Below, piece by piece: positions 56,000 through 64,000 of a stretch of 64,000 bases of DNA. Each line of letters begins with the position of its first letter. The first letter of the stretch is position 1. The notes beneath the pieces are model-generated. The model was not told the origin of the DNA and searched no databases. It was given only the letters and a program-made list of their open reading frames with translations. The DNA lies in the NCBI GenBank assembly GCA_964488255.1, contig CAZAUR010000001.1, positions 195,244 to 259,243 on the forward strand, written 5' to 3'. The translations under genes and the position numbers were made by a program. The DNA comes from an uncultured Spirochaetaceae bacterium. Its GTDB lineage: Bacteria > Myxococcota_A > UBA9160 > UBA4427.

Positions 56000-56952
56000 C
56001 GGGGGGCACCTCCTTCGCTCGCGGCGGGCGCGTCCTTGCGCGCTCGTCCGATCATCTGGACCTCGGTCTCGAGCTCGACGCCGGTCTCTGCGGCGACGGT
56101 CTCTTTCGCGCGCTCGATCAGCGTGAGTACGTCCTGCGCGGTCGCGCCGCCGTGGTTCACGATGAAGTTCGCGTGTACCGTCGAGATCTCGGCCCCGCCG
56201 ACGCGCGTACCCTTCAGGCCCGCGGCCTCGATCAACCGGCCGGCGAAGTCGCCTCCCGGGTTGCGGAAGACCGAGCCGCAGCTCGGGATGTCCGTCGGCT
56301 GCGTCGCCGTGCGATGGGCGAGCAGCCGATCGATCTCGCTCTGGACCTTCTCGCTTTCGCTCGGCGTCACCTGGAGCTCGGCGCCGACGAGGACGCAACC
56401 TTCGGGCAGGCCGGACAGCTCGCGGTAGCCGAAGTCGAGGCGTTCGCGGGGCTGGGTCGGCTCGAGCTCGCCGCGGGCATCCATCAACGTCACGCTGCGC
56501 ACGACGTCCTTCATCTCGCGCACCCCGATCCCTGCGTTCATCGCGAGCCAGCCGCCGAGGGTGCCGGGGATGCCCGCACCGAACTCGAGCCCGGCGAGCC
56601 CGTGGTCGATGCAGTAACGCGTGATCGTCGCGTGGGACGCGCCTGCCTCGACCGCGATCGTGTCGTCGGCGACGCGATCGATCCCGCGCAGCTTCTTGAG
56701 GCGCAGCGCGACGCCGTCGAGGCCGTCGTCCGCGACCAGGACGTTGAACCCGGCGCCGAGGACGCGGGTCGGGAGCCCGTGCTCCGCACAGAGCGCGAGC
56801 AGTCGGCCGAGCTCGGCGCGGTCCGCGGGCGTCGCGAGGGCATCCGCCGGGCCGCCGATCCGCAGCGATGTGTGCCGCGAGAGCGGGGCGTCGAACTCGA
56901 CCCGGTCCCCGAGCAGCGCGTCGAGCGCCTGTCGCGCGTGTTCGTCGATCAT
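55996..56952 (-). CDS. murB: UDP-N-acetylenolpyruvoylglucosamine reductase
   Basis: TSLRIGGPA, GAGFNVLV and GSVFRNP motifs. Confidence 0.95.
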   Translation of the reverse strand: MIDEHARQALDALLGDRVEFDAPLSRHTSLRIGGPADALATPADRAELGRLLALCAEHGLPTRVLGAGFNVLVADDGLDGVALRLKKLRGIDRVADDTIAVEAGASHATITRYCIDHGLAGLEFGAGIPGTLGGWLAMNAGIGVREMKDVVRSVTLMDARGELEPTQPRERLDFGYRELSGLPEGCVLVGAELQVTPSESEKVQSEIDRLLAHRTATQPTDIPSCGSVFRNPGGDFAGRLIEAAGLKGTRVGGAEISTVHANFIVNHGGATAQDVLTLIERAKETVAAETGVELETEVQMIGRARKDAPAASEGGAPR

Positions 56953-58340
56953 GCGCGCCCCCCGGACTCGAGGGCAGCCAGAAGGCGCCGGCCGAGGGAG
57001 ACGACGTCGCCGGCACCGAGGGTGAGCACCAGCTCGCCGGCTTCGAGTCGCGCGGGCAGCGCGTCCGCGATCGCGTCGAGGCTCCCTCCGTGCTCGACAC
57101 CGGAGTGCCCGGCGGCGCGGATGGCCCGCGTGAGGTGGGCGGCGTCGATGCCTTCGATCGGCGCCTCGCTCGCCGCGTAGACGTCCGCGAGGACGACCCG
57201 GTTCGCGTCGCCGAATGCGGTGAGGAACTCGTCCCAGCAGTCGCGGGTACGCGTGTAGCGGTGGGGCTGGAAGATTGCGGTGATCGGGCCCGCGTGGAGA
57301 CTACGCGCGCCGGCGAGGGCGGCGCGGATTTCCGTCGGGTGATGGGCGTAGTCGTCGACGACCGCGACGCCCGCGGCCGCGCCCTTGCGTTCGAAGCGGC
57401 GGGACACGCCGCCGAAGCTCGCCATCGATTCGGCGAGGATCTCCGGGGCGAGGTCCTGCTCGAGCCCGACGGCGATCGCGGCCAGTGCGTTCAGCACGTT
57501 GTGTCGGCCGGGCATCGGGACGTCGAAGCGGATCGTGCCGCGGTCCCGGAGCGTCGCGGAAACGCGTTGGCCGCCGGGGATCGCTTCGGTCGTATCGGCG
57601 CGCACTTCGGCCTCGGCCGCGAAGCCGAACGTGACGGACCGGGCGGTGATGCGCGGGACGATCTCCTGCACGCCGGGGTGATCGATGCCGAGCAGGCAGG
57701 CGCCGAAGAAGGGCACGCTGTTCGCGAAGGCGACGAAGGCGTCGAGGAGGGCGTCGCGCGTGCCGTAGTGATCGAGGTGTTCGGGGTCGACGTTGCCAAT
57801 GACGGCGAGGACCGGGCGCGTCAGGAGGAAGGAGCCGTCGCTCTCGTCGACCTCCGCGACGATCAGGTCGCCCTGTCCGAGCTTGACCGGGCTCGCGCCG
57901 CCGCTCGCGCGCGGCACACGCCCGCCGATCAGCGCAGTCGGATCGAGGCCCGCTGCCTCGAGCAGATGGGCGGTCATCGCAGACGTCGTCGTCTTTCCGT
58001 GGGAGCCGCCGATCGCGATCGCGTCGTGGGTACGCAGCACTTCCGCGAGCAGCGCCCCGCGCCCGACGATCGGCGTCCCCGCCGCGCGCGCTGCGACCAG
58101 CTCGGGGTTGTCCTCCGCGATCGCGGACGACCGCACGACCGTCGCCGCTCCCTCGACCGCGGCCGCCTCGTGCCCGATCCGCGCATCGACCCCGAGCGCG
58201 CGCAGTCGCTCGAAGGTCGGACTCGCGACGAGATCCGATCCCGTGACGACGTGGCCACGGGCGTGGAAGAGCTCCGCGAGGGCGGCCATGCCGATCCCGC
58301 CGATGCCGACGAAGTGGAGCGGACTCAGCTTGCGCTGCAC
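56949..58340 (-). CDS. murC: UDP-N-acetylmuramate--L-alanine ligase
   Basis: HFVGIGGIGM, GSHGKTTT and DDYAHHP motifs. GTG at 58340 with GGAGG 5 nt upstream; it overlaps the murG 3' end by 16 nt. Confidence 0.9.
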   Translation of the reverse strand: MQRKLSPLHFVGIGGIGMAALAELFHARGHVVTGSDLVASPTFERLRALGVDARIGHEAAAVEGAATVVRSSAIAEDNPELVAARAAGTPIVGRGALLAEVLRTHDAIAIGGSHGKTTTSAMTAHLLEAAGLDPTALIGGRVPRASGGASPVKLGQGDLIVAEVDESDGSFLLTRPVLAVIGNVDPEHLDHYGTRDALLDAFVAFANSVPFFGACLLGIDHPGVQEIVPRITARSVTFGFAAEAEVRADTTEAIPGGQRVSATLRDRGTIRFDVPMPGRHNVLNALAAIAVGLEQDLAPEILAESMASFGGVSRRFERKGAAAGVAVVDDYAHHPTEIRAALAGARSLHAGPITAIFQPHRYTRTRDCWDEFLTAFGDANRVVLADVYAASEAPIEGIDAAHLTRAIRAAGHSGVEHGGSLDAIADALPARLEAGELVLTLGAGDVVSLGRRLLAALESGGRA

Positions 58341-59482
58341 GTCGCCTCCTCTCCCTCGGATGCCTCTTCGGCGACGCGCGGCGCGCGTCCTTCGAGCTGT
58401 GCCCGGCAATGTTCGAGGATGTCCTCCGCGGCGTTCGGTCGCGCGAGACGCTCCGCGGCCTCGCGCATGAGCACGAGCCGACCGGGCGTCGTCACGAACT
58501 CGGCGATCGACTGCGCGAGGACATTCACGTCGAGGGGACGCGCATCGAGGCAGCGCGCCGCGCCCGCTTCTTCGAGGGCCCGGGCATTGGCGGCCTGGTG
58601 GTCGTCCGCGGCGAAGGGGTAGGGCACGAGCAGCGCCGGCATGCCCGCGAGGGCGAGCTCCGCGACGGTCAGCGCACCGGCGCGACAGATCGCGACGTCG
58701 GCCCACGCATAGCGGCCGGGCATGTCGTGCTCGAACGCGACGACCTCCGCCGGCAGGTCGAGCTCGGCATAACGCGCCGCCACCAGCTCGCGTTCGGCTT
58801 CCCCGGTCTGATGGAAGATCTCGACCGATTTCTTGCGGAGGCGGCTCGCGGCTTCCGGCATCGTCTCGTTCAGTTGCCGCGCGCCCTGGCTGCCGCCGAA
58901 CACGAAGACCTTGAGCGGCGAGCCCGGCACCTCCTTGTCCGCACGTTCCGCGAACGCTTCGTAGAGCGCGCGCCGCAGCGGGACGCCGACGCAGAGGCTC
59001 TCGGTCTTCGCCGGCAGGCTGCCGCGGGTCGACTCGAAGCCGACGAAGACGAGGCGCGCGAAGCGAGCGGTGAGCCGATTCACCCGCCCGGGGATCGCGT
59101 TCGGCTCGACGAGGAAGAGCGGTGTGCCCCGAAGCCGCGCCGCGAGGGCCGCGGGCATCGCGGCGTAGCCCCCGACGGAGATCACCGCGTCGGCACCGAA
59201 GCGCTTCAGGGCGCGGCGGGCGATCCAGGTGCTGCGCAGAATCGACACCGCGCCGCGCAGTCGGCCGATCGGACCCCGACCCATCACCTGCTCGGAGGGG
59301 AGCGTCTCGAGGTCGAAGCCGGCGTCCGGGACGAGCTTCGCCTCGAGCCCGCGCTGGGATCCGATGAAGAGCACTTCGTCGCCCTGGCGCCGGAGCGCCT
59401 CGCCGAGGGCGAGCGCAGGCGTCACGTGGCCGCCGGTTCCGCCGCCCGCGATCACCCAGCGCCTGCGCACGTCGCCTACCAC
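58325..59482 (-). CDS. murG: Undecaprenyldiphospho-muramoylpentapeptide beta-N-acetylglucosaminyltransferase
   Basis: IAGGGTGGHV and RAGALTVAEL motifs. The GTG at 59482 overlaps the ftsW stop (alternative GTG at 59470). Confidence 0.9.
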   Translation of the reverse strand: MVGDVRRRWVIAGGGTGGHVTPALALGEALRRQGDEVLFIGSQRGLEAKLVPDAGFDLETLPSEQVMGRGPIGRLRGAVSILRSTWIARRALKRFGADAVISVGGYAAMPAALAARLRGTPLFLVEPNAIPGRVNRLTARFARLVFVGFESTRGSLPAKTESLCVGVPLRRALYEAFAERADKEVPGSPLKVFVFGGSQGARQLNETMPEAASRLRKKSVEIFHQTGEAERELVAARYAELDLPAEVVAFEHDMPGRYAWADVAICRAGALTVAELALAGMPALLVPYPFAADDHQAANARALEEAGAARCLDARPLDVNVLAQSIAEFVTTPGRLVLMREAAERLARPNAAEDILEHCRAQLEGRAPRVAEEASEGEEATCSAS

Positions 59483-60615
59483 GACTCGTCCTCCGGCGCG
59501 GTCGGTGCGGGGCGCGCCGGATGGCGTCGCGCGACGCCCAGCAGTAGCCCGAGGGCGAGACAGCTCACGACGAGGGACGTGCGTCCGTAGGAGAGGAAGG
59601 GGAGCGTGAGGCCCTTGGTCGGCACGAGCCCCATCACGACCGACGCGTTCAGGAACGCGGGCACCGTGAGGAGGGTGACCATGCCGAACGCGAGGTAGAG
59701 GTCGAAGCGATCGGTGGCGCGGCGCGCGGCCCGCGTCCCCGCGACCCACAGGGCCGCGAACGCGCCGAGCACGAAGAGCACGCCGACGAGGCCGAGCTCC
59801 TCGGCGACGAGGGCGAGCACGAAGTCGGTGTGGACCTCCGGCAGGTACTCGAGCTTCTGGCGTCCGTTGCCGAGACCCTGGCCGAAGAAGCCGCCCTGTC
59901 CGAACGCCACGTAGGACTGCACCAGCTGCCAGCCTGCTCCGCGTGCCGCTTCGAAGGGGTCGAGGAAACCCATCACGCGTCGCCAGGCGTAGTCGTTGTT
60001 CACGATGTAGACGCCGACGAGGAGCACCCCGGCGATTCCGGGCAGCACGAAGCGCGGCCACGGCGTTCCTGCGATGAAGAGGAGGCCCGCGGCGAGCACC
60101 ACGAGCACGACGGCGTTGCCGAGATCCGGTTGCATCAGCAGCAGCGCCGCCGGGACGAGGGCGAGACCTGCCGCCTGGAGCGTCGGCTCGTAGGAGAGCT
60201 CGCGCCGCTCGTGCTGTCGCGAGAGCCAGGCCGCGACCGCGATCAGGGTCGCGCACTTCGCGAGCTCGCCGGGCTGGAAGCGCAGGCCTGGCAGCGACAG
60301 CCAGCGCTGGGCGCCGTTCACTTCGACGCCGGCGACGAGCGTCGCGACCAGGAGCGCGACCGACAGGCCCCAGAGCGGCAGCGCACCGTGGCGCACGACC
60401 TTCGCCGGCAGATGGTAGGCCCCGAACGCCGCGGCCCCGCCGATCAGCAACCCGACCAGGTGATCGAAGAAGAGCGGCGGGATCGCCGACTCGAGAGCGA
60501 GCGCCGCGGTCGCGCTGTAGCTCGTGACGACCCCGAGTCCGATCAGCAGGAGGGTCGTGATCGCGATCCCGGGATCGAGGCCCGGCGGTTGTTCGTCGCG
60601 CCCGTTCGAACTCAC
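59476..60615 (-). CDS. ftsW: Lipid II flippase / SEDS glycosyltransferase FtsW
   Basis: SEDS-family polytopic protein (RFQPGELAK, PEVHTDF). The GTG start overlaps the murD stop (GTGA). Confidence 0.9.
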   Translation of the reverse strand: MSSNGRDEQPPGLDPGIAITTLLLIGLGVVTSYSATAALALESAIPPLFFDHLVGLLIGGAAAFGAYHLPAKVVRHGALPLWGLSVALLVATLVAGVEVNGAQRWLSLPGLRFQPGELAKCATLIAVAAWLSRQHERRELSYEPTLQAAGLALVPAALLLMQPDLGNAVVLVVLAAGLLFIAGTPWPRFVLPGIAGVLLVGVYIVNNDYAWRRVMGFLDPFEAARGAGWQLVQSYVAFGQGGFFGQGLGNGRQKLEYLPEVHTDFVLALVAEELGLVGVLFVLGAFAALWVAGTRAARRATDRFDLYLAFGMVTLLTVPAFLNASVVMGLVPTKGLTLPFLSYGRTSLVVSCLALGLLLGVARRHPARPAPTAPEDESW

Positions 60616-61964
60616 GAAGCGTTCCCCCTGTTGGCGACGCGCCCCGGGTCCAGCGCGCGAACGGCGCCCTGGAAGGCGCGGCCGCGGGCTTCGAAGGAAT
60701 CGAACTGGTCGAAGCTCGCGCAGGCCGGCGCGAGCAGGACGACGTCCCCCTCGTGCGCGATCGCGGCGGCACGTTCGACCGCCTTCGCGAGGTCGCCCGC
60801 GATCTCGCAGGGCACGTCGTGACCGAGCGCCGCCTCGAACTCTGCGGCGGCCTCGCCGATCAACAGCGCGCGGCGCACGCGTCCGCGCGCGGCGGCGCCC
60901 AGCGCGTCGAGCGCGCCGCCCTTGTGTCGGCCACCGGCGATCCAGACGATCCGCGCGTCGAAGGTCGCGAGCGAGCGGGCGGCGGCGCCGACGTTGGTCG
61001 CCTTGGAGTCGTCGACGAAGCGCACGCCCCGGAGAAGCGCCACGTCTTCGCAGCGATGGGGCAGCGATTCGAATCCGGCGAGGGCGGTCGCCGCGGCGTC
61101 GAGGTCGACGTCGACGGTCGCCAAGGCCAGGAGCGCGGCGAGCACGTTGTCGGCTTCCGAGGCGAGGGACGGCGCGCCTTCGAGGGAGACGGACCGCTGC
61201 GCTCCGCCGCGCCGCACGATCGCGTTCGTGCCGTCGAGCCAGGCCCCGGACGTGACCGGCGTGCGCCGCCGGAACTCGAGGCGTTCGACCTCGGCCGGGA
61301 GCGCGAGATCAGCGCAGAGGGGGTCGTCGCCATTCACGATCGCGCTCTGGCCCGGGCCCTGGCGCGCGAAGAGTCGGGCCTTCGCGGCGCGATAGCCGTC
61401 GAGGTCGCCGTGCCGATCGAGGTGGTCGGGCGTGATGTTGAGGAGGACACCCGTCCGAGGCGCGAAGTCCTCGACGCTCTCGAGCTGGAAGGACGAGACC
61501 TCGAGCACGGCGAGGTCGAGGGGCTGACCGACGAGCTCGAGGGCCGGGAGGCCGACGTTGCCGGCGGCGCGCGCGCGCACGCCGGCGCCGCGGGCCATGG
61601 CTTCGATGAGCCGGACGACGGTCGACTTCCCGTTGGTCCCGGTGACCGCGACGATCGGGACGGGCAGGGCGCGGAAGCAGAGCTCGATGTCACCGCGGAC
61701 CGGCGGGCGGCATCCCGCATAGCGCGCCGCCGGCACGCCGGGGCTCGGCACGACGAGGTCGAACGCGTCGAGGTCCGGGAAGGCCTCGCCGACGCGGATC
61801 TCCGCCTGCGCCGGCAGCTCCTCGAGCCCCGCGATCTCGTCCAGCGCGCGTTCGTCCGCCGCCACGACGCGTCCGCCTCGCTCGGCCAGGTAGCGTGTCG
61901 CGGAGATTCCGGACACGCCGAGGCCGAGGACGAGGACGCTCTGTCCTTCGAACTCCGTCATCAC
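60612..61964 (-). CDS. murD: UDP-N-acetylmuramoylalanine--D-glutamate ligase
   Basis: LGLGVSG, GTNGKST and DDSKATN motifs. Confidence 0.95.
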   Translation of the reverse strand: MMTEFEGQSVLVLGLGVSGISATRYLAERGGRVVAADERALDEIAGLEELPAQAEIRVGEAFPDLDAFDLVVPSPGVPAARYAGCRPPVRGDIELCFRALPVPIVAVTGTNGKSTVVRLIEAMARGAGVRARAAGNVGLPALELVGQPLDLAVLEVSSFQLESVEDFAPRTGVLLNITPDHLDRHGDLDGYRAAKARLFARQGPGQSAIVNGDDPLCADLALPAEVERLEFRRRTPVTSGAWLDGTNAIVRRGGAQRSVSLEGAPSLASEADNVLAALLALATVDVDLDAAATALAGFESLPHRCEDVALLRGVRFVDDSKATNVGAAARSLATFDARIVWIAGGRHKGGALDALGAAARGRVRRALLIGEAAAEFEAALGHDVPCEIAGDLAKAVERAAAIAHEGDVVLLAPACASFDQFDSFEARGRAFQGAVRALDPGRVANRGNAS

Positions 61965-62046
61965 ATTCCCACCGCGGCCGGTCCGGCGTCCCGGGTGACC
62001 ACGTGTCTGGTACGGGGTCCTGTAAGGGGAGCCCCTGAGAAGGTTT

Positions 62047-63120
62047 TCAGCGCAGCTTCAACGACGAGAGGGCGACGAGACCGAGAATGATCGACACGAT
62101 CCAGAAGCGGACGACGATCTTCTGCTCAGGCCAGCCGAGCTGCTCGAAATGGTGATGGACCGGCGCCATCCTGAAGACGCGCCGGCCGGTCAGCTTGAAC
62201 GAGGCCACCTGGATGATCACGCTCAGGGTCTCGATCACGAAGATCCCGCCGACCACCGCGAGAAGGATCTCCTGGCGGATCAGGACGGCGATCGTGCCGA
62301 GCGCGCCTCCGAGGGCGAGGGATCCGACGTCGCCCATGAAGAGCTCGGCCGGGGACGCGTTGAACCACAGGAAGCCGAGGCCGCCCCCGACGAGGGCGCC
62401 GCAGATGATCGCGAGCTGGCCCGCGCCGGGGACGCTCTTGATCTGCAGGTACTCCGCGATGCCGGCGTGACCGGCGGCGTAGGCAAGCAGCAGGAAGGTG
62501 CCGGCGGAGATCATCACCGGGCCGATCGCGAGGCCGTCGAGGCCGTCCGTCAGGTTCACGCTGTTGCTAGCGGCGACGATGATGAAGGTCGCGAGGGGGA
62601 TGTAGAAGATCCCGAGATTGGGCGTGAAGTTCTTGAAGAAGGGGACTGCGAGCTCCGAGTCGAAGTTCGGGCTCGAGTAGATCGCGATCGCCACGCCGAA
62701 CGCCATCAACACCTGCCAGAAGATCTTCATGCGCGCGGAGATCCCGTCGGAGCTGCGCTGGCTCACCTTCCGGTAGTCGTCGATGAAGCCGAGGATCCCG
62801 TAGCCGGTCGTGAGGCCGAGCACGATCCAGACGAAGCCGTTCGTCAGGTCCGTCCACAGGAGGACCGAGATTCCGAGCGAGAGCAGGATCAGGAGGCCGC
62901 CCATCGTGGGCGTGCCCGCCTTCGCCTGGTGGTCCGGACCAATCTCGCGGATCGGCTGTCCGACGCGCAGGGCCGCGAGTCGGCGGATCAGCCAGGGGCC
63001 GACGATGAACGAGATGAAGAGTGCGGTCAGCGTGGCGGCCGCCGTTCGGAACGTGATGTACCGCACGACGTTCAGTCCGCCGAAGGTGTCGGCCAGTGGG
63101 TAGAGCCAGTGGTAGAGCAT
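62047..63120 (-). CDS. mraY: Phospho-N-acetylmuramoyl-pentapeptide transferase
   Basis: GTPTMGG, NLTDGLDGLA and MAPVHHHFE motifs. Confidence 0.95.
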   Translation of the reverse strand: MLYHWLYPLADTFGGLNVVRYITFRTAAATLTALFISFIVGPWLIRRLAALRVGQPIREIGPDHQAKAGTPTMGGLLILLSLGISVLLWTDLTNGFVWIVLGLTTGYGILGFIDDYRKVSQRSSDGISARMKIFWQVLMAFGVAIAIYSSPNFDSELAVPFFKNFTPNLGIFYIPLATFIIVAASNSVNLTDGLDGLAIGPVMISAGTFLLLAYAAGHAGIAEYLQIKSVPGAGQLAIICGALVGGGLGFLWFNASPAELFMGDVGSLALGGALGTIAVLIRQEILLAVVGGIFVIETLSVIIQVASFKLTGRRVFRMAPVHHHFEQLGWPEQKIVVRFWIVSIILGLVALSSLKLR

Positions 63121-63156
63121 CGGTGACTCGCTTCTCCTAGAGACCGTGGTCCGACA

Positions 63157-64000
63157 TCAGTGACTCACCTCTTCGAGGAGCTCGATGACGCGTTCCATGC
63201 GGGCCGCGCGGGAGCCCTTTACGAGGACGCGGTCGCCCTTGCCGAGCTTCGCGTGCAGCGCGCGCGCCAGAGCATCGTGGTCGGCGCCGACGACGACCCG
63301 GTCGGCGTCGAGTCCGGCTTCGCGCGCTGCGCCCGCGGTGCGCTCCGCGGCGTCGCCGAGCAGGAAGAGACCGTCGAGCCCGAGCTGCGCGGCCAGTCGA
63401 CCGAGCGCTTCGTGTGCTGCGTCCGACGCGTCTCCGAGCTCGCCCATCTGTCCGAGCACCGCGTGTCGCGCCCCCGATGCGCCGAGGCGGGCGAGGGTCT
63501 CGAGCGCGTTCCGCATCGATTGCGGATTCGCGTTGTAGGCGTCGTCGATCACGAGCACGTCGTTCGGAAAGGGCCGCGGCTGCATGCGCCCGGCGACGCC
63601 GCGATGGTTCGCGAGACCCTCGGCGACGGTCTCGAAGGACACGCCCGCGGCGATCGCGCCGCCGGCGGCGGCGAGGGCGTTGTCGACGATCGTCTCCGCG
63701 AGGCCGGAGACGCGGACTTCGCCCGCACCCGTCGGCGTGTCGAGCTGGAACGCGAACGCGCCCTCGTCGAGGAAGCACGTATCGCTCGCTCTGAGATCCG
63801 CGTTCGTGCTGCGTCCGAAGGTCAGGACGCTCGCTTCCGTGCGGTCGGCCTGGGCGAAGGCACGGTCTTCGTCGCGGTCGACGACGGCGGTGCCGTCGGG
63901 CGGGAGCGCGACGAGCAGGTCGCCCTTCTCGAGGGCGATGTTCTCGCGGGAGCCGAGGAACTCGATGTGGGCCGTACCGATGTTCGTGAGGACTCCGATC
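63157..64000 (-). CDS. murF: UDP-N-acetylmuramoyl-tripeptide--D-alanyl-D-alanine ligase, 5'-truncated by the window edge
   Basis: C-terminal IDDAYNANP...LVKGSR. My hand translation shows the frame stays open upstream of 63642 to at least about 63800 (...FQLDTPTGAGEVRVSGLAETIV...). I assume it continues to the window edge. Confidence 0.9.
   Translation of the reverse strand, partial: IGVLTNIGTAHIEFLGSRENIALEKGDLLVALPPDGTAVVDRDEDRAFAQADRTEASVLTFGRSTNADLRASDTCFLDEGAFAFQLDTPTGAGEVRVSGLAETIVDNALAAAGGAIAAGVSFETVAEGLANHRGVAGRMQPRPFPNDVLVIDDAYNANPQSMRNALETLARLGASGARHAVLGQMGELGDASDAAHEALGRLAAQLGLDGLFLLGDAAERTAGAAREAGLDADRVVVGADHDALARALHAKLGKGDRVLVKGSRAARMERVIELLEEVSH

Noticed and set aside
52115-64000. 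The dcw cluster lacks ddl between murB and ftsQ and shows serial start/stop overlaps (ATGA, GTGA).
   Set aside because: Gene order murF-mraY-murD-ftsW-murG-murC-murB-ftsQ-ftsA-ftsZ without ddl occurs in many lineages, and translational coupling is the norm in this cluster. It is not unusual enough to flag.

Overview
This is a high-GC (roughly two-thirds G+C by eye), densely coding bacterial chromosomal segment. It comes from a diderm: one outer-membrane protein ends in Phe and there is a Pal-like lipoprotein. I can support about 57 CDS plus RNase P RNA. All calls come from reading the supplied ORF translations for family motifs, and from hand checks of start/stop context and third-position GC phasing.

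Gene content, left to right:
- imuA-imuB mutasome genes (dnaE2 is presumably off the left edge), preceded by a frameshifted doc toxin and its antitoxin
- metF-purN, a PfkB kinase and an FAD oxidoreductase
- a divergent pair of PP2C phosphatase and degenerate histidine kinase
- a lone IS200/RAYT-type Y1 transposase homolog
- acyl-CoA desaturase, typA, thrH, uppP, a LysR regulator and rpoD
- an SLC13 transporter, an argA-like gene and rnpB
- a secreted modular pentapeptide-repeat protein
- an HxlR-SCP2 regulator with two acyl-CoA dehydrogenases
- a MarR-TauD-cupin-cupin-amidohydrolase operon
- a quinone oxidoreductase, an MsbA-like ABC exporter and ndk
- the dcw cluster murF-mraY-murD-ftsW-murG-murC-murB-ftsQ-ftsA-ftsZ at the right end

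I found no CRISPR array, prophage, integron integrase, reverse transcriptase/retron or recognisable defence island. I cannot point to a convincing novel multi-gene system, and most of the window looks like ordinary core chromosome.

The observations most worth a second look:
1. A 69/70-identical 70-bp direct repeat brackets a 1.4-kb two-gene insert and leaves the neighbouring DUF3604 gene without a proper stop.
2. A family of REP-like palindromic elements with compensatory stem changes sits at five or more intergenic sites. The window also holds a RAYT-like transposase whose HUH motif reads HVN.
3. Three secreted proteins carry C-terminal proline-motif / TM helix / basic-tail sorting tags. One is a pentapeptide-repeat protein with an exact 399-bp module period.
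4. A repeat-based operator candidate overlaps a probably leaderless imuA promoter.
5. A 0.9-kb non-coding gap upstream of rpoD contains the only AT-rich island in the window.
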